Source of the DNA: Paramoeba atlantica
Taxonomy: Eukaryota; Protista; Discosea
Length of the DNA stretch: 64,000 bases
Reading direction: 5' to 3'
NCBI GenBank assembly: GCA_977017575.1
Contig: CDRNVI010000139.1
Span: forward strand, 124,001 to 188,000
Positions 11,801-23,800 of this stretch are shown here, piece after piece. Under the pieces are notes generated by a model. That model was not told where the DNA came from. It saw only the letters and a list, made by a program, of their open reading frames with translations, and searched no databases. A program made the translations under genes and the position numbers. The number at the start of each line of letters is the position of its first letter. The first letter of the stretch is position 1.

Positions 11801-14800
11801 TGGCGCCATCTCTTTGTTGGGATGTTGGGACTTTTCAAATTGCGTCTTGTGAAGAAGCTGAGAAAGAGAGTGGAAAAGAAGAAGAAAAGGGAGAAGAAAA
11901 AGAAGAAGGTCTTGAAGTAAAACCTTTTATGTATCGATCTTTCGACATTCATCTCAAAGATACCAAGGTATTTTTCTTTGTTCTTCTTTAATCTCAATCT
12001 CAAAAAATCGAATCTAACCAATAAAATACCAGATTGTTTTAGCGTCTGCACAAGAGATTCAAAGTGAAATGGAAAAAGAGCTCTCTCGTCCTCCTTTTGC
12101 AGTCCCCTCACATGTCGATTTTAAGCTCTACCTCTCAAGAGTTATGCTCTTCAAAGCGCCAAAGGTTTTTTTCTCTCTTTTTTTTCTCTCTTCTGAAAGA
12201 CGAGAGTTAAGTATCATCACAGATTCAAGTGATTGGAAAAATGCCTTCACTTCAAATTCAAATGACACCAGAAGAACTTGGAAAATGTGTAGCCATCGCA
12301 GACAATCTCTCTCAAATTGAAAGCTCAAACACCCTTCCCTCTTCTCCTTCCTTTCTCTCTGCTAATTCTTCAAATTCTTCTCTTCTTTCGAATCAACTCG
12401 CCCAATTTGTTGACAGTACAGAAATTGGGGGATTCTTCCAAGATATCTCACAATTCGGGAAATATATGAATTCAAATCGGTTTTCGAAATCAAATAGAAG
12501 AGAGCAATGGCTTTTGGACCTTCAATTTCAAGTTGAACTTCTCTTTTTTGATTTACTCTTCTCACGCAAAATTCTTTGCTCATCTTTTCTTCCTCACTCA
12601 AATTGTTTCATTTCTCTAGATCCCTGAAATCGAGTTCACACTTAAGTCTGATCTGACCGGGAAAAATACAACTCCTGACCCAATTTTCGTTTTGCGAGTG
12701 AACCAGGTTTTTTGTTTTATTCTCCCAAGTTGCTCACCTTTTCATGCCATCTTTTAAATGATTATAAAAAGGTGAACTTTAAAGCTGGGTTGCATAATTT
12801 TCATAATCACATCGGAGTGACAATCCAAAAGGCCCATATCGAAGACATGAGCTCTCGAAAAAATAATATTGTTTTCTCAACTTTTTCTGAGGTTAGTTTG
12901 TAAATTTGAAAAATATTGGATATCATCCCTTTTGTAATTGATTCTTGGATTTAGAAATCAGAATGGGATATTCGTGTTGAAGGATTAATGCGATCAAAAG
13001 CTTCCCCCTCTTATGTTTGTTTGGATGATTCTTTTAAAGTCCATATCGACGCTTCTCGTTTCTCTTTTCGGTCTCCCTTTTTCTCCTTCTCTTCCTCATC
13101 CTTTTTTTCTGAATCCTTTTTTCAAGACGACCTTTGTTAGCGAAATTAAAGAGTTGTGGTGATTCCTTCAAAAGAACAAAAAAAAAGTGGGGTAAAAATC
13201 GTCACTCTCCCCCTCCTTCTCTCTCTCCTCTCTCTCCTTCAGCCCTTTCTCCTTCTCGAATTGGAAAAAACAAACCATTAGTTTTGGATCTTTGTGTAAA
13301 ATTGGAGATTGAAAAAATAGTTGTTTCTCTTGATTTGGAAGAAACCTGGGAAGAAAATATTGGTCAATTTGTTTTGGAGGGAGCCAATTTTGTGTATCTT
13401 GAGGTTTTTGAGATTACTCTTCTTGTTTTCTTGTGGTTTTGTCACCCTCCTCACCTTTTCTTTGTCGGAAAATAGGGAAATGACGGAGGTGAATTTGTCG
13501 CTGGATCACTCAATCGCCTCTCCCTCTTCAATTCCCTTCCTGATCCAACGGGATGGAAAGCAGTTATCCAGGTTAATTTGGCCTTATTTCAGCTCTCTTC
13601 TTCTTAAAACTAAAGGAGTGAATAGGAGGATTTAAGAGGAGCAGAGGATCTTGTTCGATTTGAAATCACTCAATGTCGCCAAGAAACCTCCCAAGCTGAA
13701 CCTCCGATATTACAACCACCTGAGATGTCAGAAAAGGAAAAAAAATCTCCTTCAGCTTCAGTGTCTTCACTTTCTCCTTCCCCTTCCTCTTTGACGGAAA
13801 GAGAAAGGAAATGCAAAGTTATTGATGTAAATGTTGCATTGAGTCGTGTTCAAATTGTTGTTGTCATCCCTTACCTGTCAGTATTTGCCATGTATTTTGT
13901 CGAGTTTGGAGAAATGTTGAAGAAAGAAGGAAAAGCGAACTTGGAAGAAAGAGAGAAAGAAGGGAATGAGGAGTTCTTTTCTCTTGGACTGGGTTTGCGT
14001 GAAGTGACTGTCATTGTTCCTTCACTGAATCAAAAGGTTTCTCTCTTTCATCGCTCATTGTTTTCCCTTTTTTCGAAATGTGCAACAAAATAACTAACAT
14101 ATTCACACATAATTTGATCAGGAAAACGCTTCCTTTCTGTTTGGGAGTGTGGAGTCTCTCAAATTGTCACACTCTGGCCCAATCCAAAAGATGGGTCCAT
14201 TTCTTTCATCTGAGACGACAATATCTGCTTCTCATCTTCGGGTCAAAAATTCTTTTGCGGTTTTCAGAAGTTGAGAGGTGCAGTTTGTTCATTTTGTTCT
14301 CTTTCAGGTGGAATCTTTCTTATCGAAAAGAACACTTGGGATGATTGACCTTGAAGAATCACAACCCGAAGCGATTCGAAAAGTGAGTGTTGTAACACAA
14401 AATGGGATTACTTTTCAAACGCTTCTTTCTCCTTTGGTAAGTCTTTTTCTCTTTGTCTCCGCCCAAATTTCTTCTCATTTCTTGCCTTCCAGGCTACACA
14501 TCATAAAATTGAAAAGAAAATCGAAAAAATAACTGGAATCCCATCTCATTTACAACAAATCCGCGTTTTTTCGGAGAATAGAAGTCTTGTTTTAGAGACT
14601 GGAGATGATATCTCTTCTCTTCTTTCAATCCAAGGAGATGAAGCCAAAGAATTGAAAGAAAGAAGGCAAGATGCTGTGGAAGAAGTGCTGTTAATTTTGG
14701 TGGAGGAGATAGGAGAGGATTGGAGAAGCGAAGAAAGAAAAGGAAAAGAGGAAGAAAAAGAGGAATTGGAAGAAGGTGAAATAGTCGAAGAAGAAATAGA

Positions 14801-17800
14801 AGAAGAAGGAGAAAACGAGAGCGATGAGAGAGAAGACTTCATGTCCGTTTGCTCAAATCGATTCTTTTTATCAAAAAGAGATCGTCTTCGATTCTTGGGG
14901 AGGGAGAGTGATCACATTCTGATTGAAGGTTTTGATTAATTCTTTATTCTTTCATTCTTTTATTTGTATTTAATTTTTATTTTTTTCTTTTCATAGAAAC
15001 GAGCCTTGATGTGAAAATTGAGAAAGTGGAGCCTTCTCTTATTCTTTGGAAGAAATCCCAAAAGAACAAAGAAAAAGAAGAATCCCTCTCGCCTCTATCT
15101 TCCCGTTCTTCCTCATCCTCATCTCCTTCTGTTTTTCTCTCACCTCCCCCTCTCCCTCCTCTGCTCTCTATTTCTCTCAACTGTCCAGAATTAATTGTAT
15201 GTCTTTCTCAACCCGAACTCGATTTGTTATACTCCACAGCAATTTTCAATCTCTCTTCTACCCCTCTCCAAATGTATTCTTCTTCCTCTTCTTCTTTGCT
15301 GATGTTGCTAGAGAGGGAGAAGAAGAGAGAAGAGAAAAAGAGATCCAAGAAACAAAAAGGGTGGGAAGAAACAGAAGAAGAAAAAGAAGAATTGATAGAA
15401 GAAAATCCCCTCTTCCTCTCGCTCCTTTCTCTCTTCAAAAGAACTCTTCTCTTTCAAGGCAAACTCGAGAAATTCGAAACAAGATTTAGGCCATTTGGGA
15501 GAACTCAAGATATTGTCTCTCTTCAATTTGATGCTCTTTCTGTTGAGTTGGACGAGCGGAAAGAAAATAACGAAACAAAGAGGGAACAGAAAGAGAGAAA
15601 AGTTTGTCTTCAGGTTGAGAGAGGGAGAGTCGCTTCTTTATTAATGAGTGAAAATGATCCTTCTTTTTCAAATTTGGTTTCTCTCATTCCTCAAAAAGAT
15701 CAAGAGGTTATTTTTCTTTTCCTTTCTCCTTCTTTGGGAACTGCTCTGACAATTCTTTCAGAAAAAACCTCAAATTCAAATTAAGATGATTGAAAATGAA
15801 AATGGGGAGGATATTGATGTTGAAATTGCTTCTTCTCAAATTATTCTAACCGCAGCATATGGACCAATCATTGGATTTCTCAATGATTTATTGTCAGATT
15901 TGGATTACGTAAATGGCATTATTCAAAAGAAATCTCTCTCTTTTCCTTCCTCTTCTCCAGATCCAGCTCCTGTCTCGCCGTCTTGTCCTATTTCTTCTTT
16001 AACAAATGTGAATTTGTCATTTCCGAAGTGCGAATTTGTGTTCCCAAAAGACCCAACCAACCCTTCATCTGAAGTTTTTATTTTACGGGTTTGTTTCATT
16101 GAAAATGAGAACTGAAAAGAAAACAAGAACAGAAATAAGAATTTTATTCCTTTTATTCTGAATTGATTATTTATTGTGGACAGTCTGGTGCAATGGTAAT
16201 TAGTGCAGTTCTATCACCATCAGATGTTTTATTTATCCAAATCCACACCCAAAGTCTCTGCTTTTTGAGATGTAACTGGAAGAAAAGAGAGAATCTCCAA
16301 ATGTTGTTGGAACCTTTTGATGTTGAAGTGATGATGAATGCGAATTCCCCAAAAAAAACTCAGGTATTCTTTGATTCCAAAAGAAAGAGTTTTTTTGTTT
16401 GACTGAAAATTGGGTTGACAGTTGAGATTGTCGCGGATTGGAAATTGCTATTTCTATACCTCATTTCGTGATCTTCAAATTGCTTTAGGGGCAATTGATC
16501 AAATTAGCACGGTTCTTATTTTTTTTCCTAATTCCTTTTGAAGATAAAAAAATCAAATTTCCTCATCTCTTTCAAATAGATGGTTAAAGTGGGGGTAATT
16601 GAACATGTCTCAAATTCATTTGTTTCTCGATATGGCTCAGATCCGATCCTTAACTCAGACCCACTCCCAGGTTTCTCTCTTTCTCCTCTCAATTTTCTTT
16701 CTTTCTTCTTATTTTCCATCACATACAGATTTCGATTCAAAAACTCTTGTGGCAGAAATAGAGCCATTTTCATTTCATTTCATTCTCGTGGATGATAGTG
16801 CGGGGGCAGATATCCCTATTGTCCAATTTGATTTGTTTGTTTCTCAGGGTGATGCTGCTGGATCCACTTACCAATTGAGCCACCGACCTCTTTCTTCTTC
16901 TTCTCTATCTTCTTCATCTCAAGATGGAATTGTTGGCGCGCGTTCTCCATTGGTGGATAGCTCTGATTCTTCTCTTTCTTCTTCTGAAGCAAACAAAACA
17001 ACAAAAACTTCATCAGTCATGTTCAAAATTGGAACAGAATTTCATATTGATTTTTATAATCGACAACATGGAGTTTGGGAACCATTGATTGAAAAATGGG
17101 ATCCTGAGATTCTTGTCGCGAGAACTACTGTCACTGAGGTATTATTTTGTTTATTTCTTGATTTTTTTGATGGGGGATTCTAACCTTTTAAATAATAGAG
17201 CGAGACAGAACTTTCAAATTACTCAGTCCAGGTTACATTTTACCATTTAACTCTCAATGAGATTGTCTCCCCTCTCATCTCTTTATCTCCCGCCAGATTA
17301 TTACAGAAACTCCATTTAATGCCAATATTTCATCAAATATGATTAACACATTCCTTGGTTCTTTTGAATCCGCACAAGAAGCCTTGAAAGAAGATCGTCG
17401 TGTTGCAGCTGTTTTGTATGTCATTTATTCTTTTTATTTGGAAATGCTATTTTCTCATTTTGTTTTTGTTAGCGGAGCAGATGCACCGTCTCCCTCTAAA
17501 AATCGGCATTTCTTCTACAGGTTCAAACTAAAAATATTTCTTCTTTATTCAAAAAAATCCAAAAATTACTTTCACTCTCACTTTTGAAAATTTCTTCAAA
17601 AAACTCTGAACGATCTTTCTTATTAGGGACCCAGAGAGCGATAATTTATTAAGAGCCAGCCATGTCATTAAAAATCAAACTGGATTTGATTTATCTGTTC
17701 TTGTTCCTGAAAAAGAGGTTTTTTCCTTTTATTCTCTTGTTCATCTTAGCGTTTTTTTCCCTCTTCTCTAAAGAAATATTGTAAACCTTTTTTAAACAGA

Positions 17801-20800
17801 GAATCATATTAAAATCTGGAGAGGTTCGTGGTCTTCCAATTGGAAGAGGCGAAAATCGAGGAACACATTTGAGAGGAAAAAAGATTATTTCTTCGAGAAA
17901 GATACAAATTGGTTTTTATCATCAATTTGAGGTTTTGTTTTTTATTTTTTAATTTTATTTATTATGTAATCTTCACTTTTCCTTCTCTTTTTATTGAATC
18001 AATAAAAATGTGATTCGACTCGAGAAATATTTAAATTTGCAATTTAGGAAGAAGAGAAATTCCAAACCAGGAAAAAAGGGGTCGTTGCAACAGAAGGAGC
18101 CATGGCGAACTTTGACGAAAGAGATGATTTTTTAGTTCCAATTGATCGTTGTATTCAATTGTGCAGAGTTTTTTCTACACTTGATTCATCGATAATAAGC
18201 TCTGTCTATTATCGGTTCTTTCCTTTTTCTCTTTCGTCTTTCTCGATTTTCTTGATTTTTTTTTTCTTTTCAATTCATTTTCTTTTTACAGAAAAGGATA
18301 TCAAGTGATTGAAGTGAGATCAAGAATTGTAATAGAGAACACAACTGGGAAAACAATTGATCTTTACTTTTCAAATTCGAAAATGAAAAAGACTCATCTC
18401 TTGAATCAAGGTTTATTTCTTTTCATTAATTATGAAATGGGATCTGAGAATCTCAAAAAAATATTCATAATTCCCTTGTCCGTTTTTTTCTTGAATCAAT
18501 TCCCTTATTCTTTTTTATCAAGGAGAAGAATGCTCTGTCCCAATTCAATACATTGAAAGAGGGACCATTCGATACCGACTCAAGCAAGATCAATATGGTT
18601 GGACAAAGGCCATTCGTTTGGCAAGTTTGACTTCTAACATTCAAGATTATGTGACAACGTTAATGTGTCCTTTTTCGGATAAAGATGGGAGGTAATTTGT
18701 TTAATAATTTTAATTAAAAATAGGCCTCTTTTTAAAATCTGACACTTTTGTTTCAATTCAATGCAGAATTCTGGAAAATGAATCATTTTGTATGAGACAA
18801 AGAGTATTACACAAAACACCAGATCATTTTTCTATCAAAATTGTATTGACTCCTCTTCTTACTGTGCGAAATGACCTTGCCGAGACACTTGTTTATAAGA
18901 TTTCGAGCCCTGATGGAAGGAAGATTTTGGCTATGAAGGAGATTGAAATGGTTGGTGATTTGAATTCTGATTTTGTGTGTTGTTAGTTCAAATTGTTTTT
19001 CATTTTGTTTTGTTGATTTTTTGACTTTTTTTTTAGGGAAAAGAGGCACAAATAACACATCTCCTTTCTGAAAAAACAATATGGTTTTGTTTGAAATTAA
19101 ATGGGTTTTCATGGTCAAAACATATCCCTATCGATTTTAAGACAGGAAAACAATGCATTACTCTCTCTGACATTGAAGGAAGAGAACTCCTTCTCTGGAT
19201 TAGAAGCTCACGAAAGAGAGGACAATCTCGTTGTTTGACGATTTTTTCTTCTTATTGGCTTGTTAATAAGACTGGCCTCCCTCTTGTTTATAAGGAAATG
19301 TATTCCTCTTTTTCTTCTTTTCTCTCTCTATTTTCTCTTCACACTTTTCTCTCTCAGGTCGCTTCGAACAAAAATGGAAAGTCGACTACCACGACAACAG
19401 AACCTTTCTTCTTCTCTCTCTTTTCCCCTCTTTCAAACCAAGCAACAAGCTCTATGGTATAAAAAGAGAGAAGAGGACTCTCTTCTTTCCCTTGAAACTC
19501 CTTTTGTATTTAGTTTCTCTGGGAAAGGTGAGAGAGAGTGGGGAGAGGGAGAAAGAGAAAGTGGCAGAAGAGGAAGAGAAAGAGAAATTGTTCCTGAGAA
19601 TCATCGGTTATGTGTGAGAGTTGGGAGATCTGACTGGTCCCAGGGATTATTTCTTCCTTCAGCTGACTTTACCACCGCATTTCAGGTCTTTTCTTTTTCT
19701 CACATCAACGGTTGTGACTTGTATTTTTTTCTATTTTTTTGTAAATTGGTTGGGTAGCGAAGCGGTCAAACGCGCCAGACTCAAGAGTTAAATCTTGGCT
19801 GTAAAAATACAGTTTAGTCTTCTGGTCCTTCGGGTTCGTGGGTTCGAATCCCACCTCAACCATTTTTTTTTTTTTGATTTATTTATTTTTTTGGATTGAG
19901 ATTGTTTTTTTTTTCCTTCTTCTGTTTTTTGAATTTTTTTCTTTTTAGATTGACGAACAAAGCTCAAAAGAAAAACGGGGGAGGAGATTTGAAATTGTTG
20001 CTTCTGCAGAACGTGCTTCTGGTTCTTTTTGGAGAACATTGATTGGTTCTTTTTCTCTTCATTTTTTTTTTGTTTTGCTCTTTTCTCATTGTCAAAAAAA
20101 CTCCCAGTAAAATTTGCACCAAGATATGTTTTGGTCAATTTATTACCAATTCCCTTTTCTTTCTGGCAAGTAAGCCCTTTTTTCACCTTATTCTTCGTCT
20201 CTATGATCCATCTTTTCACATCAATTTTTTTCTCTTTCGTTTTCAAATCAAAGGTTGGAAGTGAGGCAGAGATATTGAGAGCTGGAGAAAAAATACCTTT
20301 TCATTGGATGGATAATCAACAACCTCAACTTTTGAGAATTGCACTGGTTCCTTGTCCTGAGAATCCAGGTTTTTTTCTCTTTTGTTTTGTTTTCTCTTTT
20401 GATTTTTTGATTTATTTTAATCTGGATTCTTTCTCTTAAGAAACTTTTCCATCTGGATTTTTGGATTTGAAGACTATTCAACGATTGACACTCCCTCTTC
20501 GATGGAAGTATCTTCTTTCTCTTCTCTTTTCTCTGCTCTTTTTTTATTCCTGAGCTTCAGTTACTCTATTTCCATCCTTTCTTACTCCTATTTTAGATCG
20601 GATGATGAGGCTCCGTATTTTAATATTCGAAAAAGACAAAAAACTTCTTTTCCCTCAAATTCGGTTTATTTGACAGTATCTCATTTTTCCCTTAAGATTT
20701 TGAAATCTTTTTTTTCCTTCCAATGTCAACTTTGCCAATCAAATTCATATTACACTCCAGATTACCCCCATTGTTCGAGATGGGACAACGTTTTTGACAT

Positions 20801-23800
20801 TTCGAGATGAAGGAGAAAAAACTGTCCCCCAGTTTTTGATTCAAAACCGAATCCAAAAGGCGATTCGATTTGGACAAAGTCTTCAATCTGAAGAGAATTT
20901 TACTTTGAAAGATGTTTGTCTCTTTTTTTAAAAGAATTTTATTTCTCTTTTTTCAACTCTTTCTCTTTCCAATTATAGCCAAAACCACATGGATACCAAC
21001 TCTCACCAGGAGCATCAACGCAATGGTCTTTTCCTCAACCAATTGTGCTCAAAAAGAAACTCCTTCTTTTTCTTCCTACCTCTTCATCACCAATAGAAAT
21101 TGACCCCTCTTCTCCCTCTCTTCCTCCAAATTGCCCAATTTCACTTCAGATTATTGAAAATGGGCCAACCAAAAATATTTTGATCTTACCTCCTTCTTCT
21201 TCCTCTTCTTCTGCATCTGTTTTAAAGGTTGTTCCAACATTAGAAAGGAAATCTAAAAAGGTTTTTTTTTTCTTGTCTATTTCTTTTTTCCTCTTTCTTA
21301 TTCTTTCTCTTTCCTCTTTTCTCCAGACTTTTGAATTTTCAATGGGAATCGAAATAACGAGAATGGGATTAAGTGTAATTGACCAAAGACAAGAACTCCT
21401 CTTCGCCACTCTTTCAAATATTGATTTTCGTTTGAGTGAAAGTGACTTAAGGAGACATGTTCGCTTTGCAATTTTAGATCTTCAAATCGACAATCAATTA
21501 TACAATAGGTTCTTTTTCTTTTTTAATTCTCTTCTCTTCTCTTTAATTTTAATATGAGATTGATAATCATTTTTTGATTTGAAATTCAAATAATTGACCA
21601 AATGAAAAGACCATACGAAGTGGCAGTGTGTCCTGGACCACTCTGCACAAATGAAAGACCATTTATTGAGTTTATTTCTGAAATTCTCAAGAGAAATGAT
21701 GACCTTTTGTTTTTTGATTCTGTAACGGTTCTTCTCTCTCTCTCTCTTAATACTATTCTCCTTTCCCTCTTTTCTGACTCTTTCTCATAAAAAGTTCGAT
21801 GTGCAAGACATAGATATTAATTTGGATTCTGAATTTGTGGTTCGTCTAGCAAAAGTTGCTTCTCGTGTTTCTCATTTTATTGATCGCCAAAAGAGTGAGA
21901 ATCCTCTTTCCATTGCACAAGAGGTTTGCTTTTAATGATTTAAATTCGTTTATATTTCATTTGTTTTGATTTGTTCTTTTCTTTCGTTCCACTCTTCTAA
22001 ATCAAAATTTTTCTTTCACACTGATTTTTGGTTTTTCTGTAGTTTCCAGAAATTCCATCTGAAGTTCTCGAAAACAACTCAACTGACTCGTTTCTCTTTA
22101 TCCGAGAAATTTGTATCTCTCAAATTAAAAGTGTTTTCTCCTTTATGGTTGTGAATCAACAAGAAGGAGAGGAAGGAAAGAGAGAGTTGATGGAATTGGA
22201 AGAAGAGGGAGAAAATGAGGATGCTTTGTCCACTTTGACGAGACATGCTTCAAGTTTGTTTTCTTTTGCTAAGTTCAACAATTTTCTTTCTTTTTTTCAT
22301 TTATTTTCGCAGTCCTCTCTTTTCTTTTGAATGTGTCTGATGCTTCAATCAAGTTGAATGAGTTAAATGTCTCAGATGTCTATGTCCAATCAAGTGAATT
22401 TGTCCGCCAAGTTGAAGCCCACTATCTTCAATCAATTACAAAACACCTCTATTGGGTTCTCAAAATTTTTATTCTTCGTTTAATTCAAGAATTTAGTTTT
22501 TTTTTTAAAGGTATTTTACCAAACTTTTTTTATTAGTTAATTGGCGCATCTGATGCATTAGGGTCCCCTCTTCACTTTATATATGGAGTCTCAACCGGCC
22601 TCTTTGATTTTTTTAATGAACCTCTCAAGGAGATTGGGACTGGGAATGTAGGAAGAGGTTTGTTTTCAGCTGAAAAGATTTTCTTTTGAACAAAAAAATC
22701 AAAAATAAGATTTAATTATCACAGGGATTGTCCGTGGAAGTCAAAGTTTGGTCAGTGGAACAGTTGGAGGAACATTGGGAAGTGCTGCCAAAATTTCTGG
22801 ATCTCTTTCGAGAGGGCTGTCGAACATGTCAACAAATTCTGATTTCTCTTCGGTCTTTTTTCTTCTTTCAAGGAGTTTTTGGGTTGACATTGATTTTTAT
22901 TTTCCTCTCTTTCTTTTTCTTTTGGTTGGACAGAGTCAAGAAAAACTGACGCGAAGAAAAGCAACCAGTCTCAGTTCAGGGCTTGGCCAGGGGCTATTCT
23001 CGTTTGGGAGTGGGTTAATGAGTGGAGTTTATGGTGTTGGTTCGCCTTTTATCTTTTTTTTCTTTCTTTTTTCTTTTTCTTTATTTCCTAACTTTGTGTT
23101 GTAGTGAGTGATCCAGTCAAAGGATTCAATGAAGGGGGAGTTGGAGGATTAGCAATGGGGGTTGCCAGTGGTGTTACAGGTCTTGTTACAAAACCTGCCT
23201 CTGGTGCTCTTGGAATGGTCAGCAAAACTGCAGAAGGTTTCCAATCAGTGACTCTTCCAGAAAGGAGGAATAAGAGAAAGAGACACCCAAGATATGTTGG
23301 GAGAGATATGGTTTGCCTCTCTTTTTTATTGTTGGAATCTTTCCACCCTCCACAAATAATAACCTTCGATTTTAATGAAAAATTTTTGTAAAACGTGGAT
23401 ATGGCGCAATGGTAGCGTGTTGGACTTCGGTTCCAAAGGTTGCGGGTTCAAGTCCCGTTATCCACTTGTGAATTATTTTTTTAATTCTTTTTTTTCAAAT
23501 TATTTTTATTATTTTTTTTCTTTTTTTTTTGTTGGAATCTCCCTCCACAAACAACCTTTGATTTTGATGAAAAACTTTTGTAAAACGTGGATATGGCGCA
23601 ATGGTAGCGTGTTGGACTTCGGTTCCAAAGGTTGCGGGTTCAAGTCCCGTTATCCACTTGTGAATTATTTTTTATTCTTTTTTCAAATTATTTTTTTTCT
23701 TTTTGGAATCTTTCCTCCCTCCACAAATAATTTTCGATTTTGATGAACAACCTTTGTAAAACGTGGATATGGCGCAATGGTAGCGTGTTGGACTTCGGTT

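Noticed and set aside
23395-23466. Codon reassignment, suggested by the tRNA-Trp-like D and T arms, U20 and U73 on a UCG tRNA
   Set aside because: CGA occupies invariant Arg positions in this window (kinase HRD, SmD1 SIRG/NIRY), and Arg tRNAs without A20 are known in fungi.
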